From: Aquificaceae bacterium
GTDB lineage: Bacteria; Aquificota; Aquificia; Aquificales; Aquificaceae
Reading direction: 5' to 3'
DNA length: 64,000 nucleotides
Assembly: GCA_037925075.1 (NCBI GenBank)
Contig: JAXSNR010000001.1
Coordinates: 768,001-832,000, forward strand
This document shows positions 63,657 to 64,000 of the stretch, piece by piece. Made by a program: the position numbers and the translations under genes. The notes beneath the pieces are model-generated. The model had not been told where the DNA came from and did not search any database. It saw only the letters and a list, made by a program, of their open reading frames with translations. Position 1 is the stretch's first letter; each line of letters starts with the position of its first letter.

Positions 63657-64000
63657 ACCGCCACCTTTGCACCGAGAAATGCTGCAGCTTCTGCGGCAGC
63701 CGCCTCACCTTCTGATAAGGAAGACTCTATGTCTATGGGACCTTTGCAGGCACCCGCTATGAATATGCCGGGCTTGTTGGATACAATGTTAGAGCCAGAC
63801 TCTTCGGAGGGTATAAGAAACTGGCTGTCGGGGTCCTGAGCAAGGCCGAGGATTTTGGCAACCTTCTTAGTACCCGGTGAGGGCTCCATTCCAAGCACAA
63901 GCACCACCAAGTCCATGGGTACCTCTGAAGGCCTTTGAACTATAGTGTCCTCATGCTTGACCCTCAGCCTTCCGTCCGCCGGGCTGTAGGTGATCTCCGC
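63653..64000 (-). CDS. hdrA: sHdr flavoprotein HdrA, C-terminal part (runs off window end)
   Basis: Open frame from 64000: ...EDT...DLVVLVLGMEP...PGIFIAGACKGPIDIESS. Confidence 0.85.
   Translation of the reverse strand, partial: AEITYSPADGRLRVKHEDTIVQRPSEVPMDLVVLVLGMEPSPGTKKVAKILGLAQDPDSQFLIPSEESGSNIVSNKPGIFIAGACKGPIDIESSLSEGEAAAAEAAAFLGAKVAV

Overview
A gene-dense chromosomal window from an Aquificaceae bacterium, Hydrogenobacter/Thermocrinis-like. This is inferred from a PspB-type phosphatase, an sHdr-LbpA sulfur-oxidation cluster, dispersed atp/gcv/hsl genes and heavy AGG/ATA codon use. Most genes are housekeeping in scrambled order (argS, rho, mnmE, dnaN, holA, hisB, hisC, murG, hslU, recR, purB, trpB, atpGD, rph, secA, thrC, dcd), with one tRNA-Leu(TAA). 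No CRISPR array, transposase or prophage was seen. Most notable: (1) a 469-aa protein made of two degenerate encapsulated-ferritin-like hairpins and three CsbD/YjbJ-like repeats; (2) about 20 genes with a TANNNT -10 box 6-8 nt before the start codon and no SD, including 17-23 bp bidirectional promoters that appear to drive two leaderless genes; (3) a cytochrome c-fused, Q-loop-less CydA/CydA'-like pair with a palindrome in its promoter; (4) a heme-copper oxidase subunit I homolog lacking the CuB His-His pair and crosslink Tyr, downstream of ctaA-ctaB; (5) a Doc toxin pseudogene with its catalytic segment deleted; (6) the 3' part of an sHdr-LbpA-DsrE-LipS1 cluster. All family calls come from motif recognition by eye; no searches were run.
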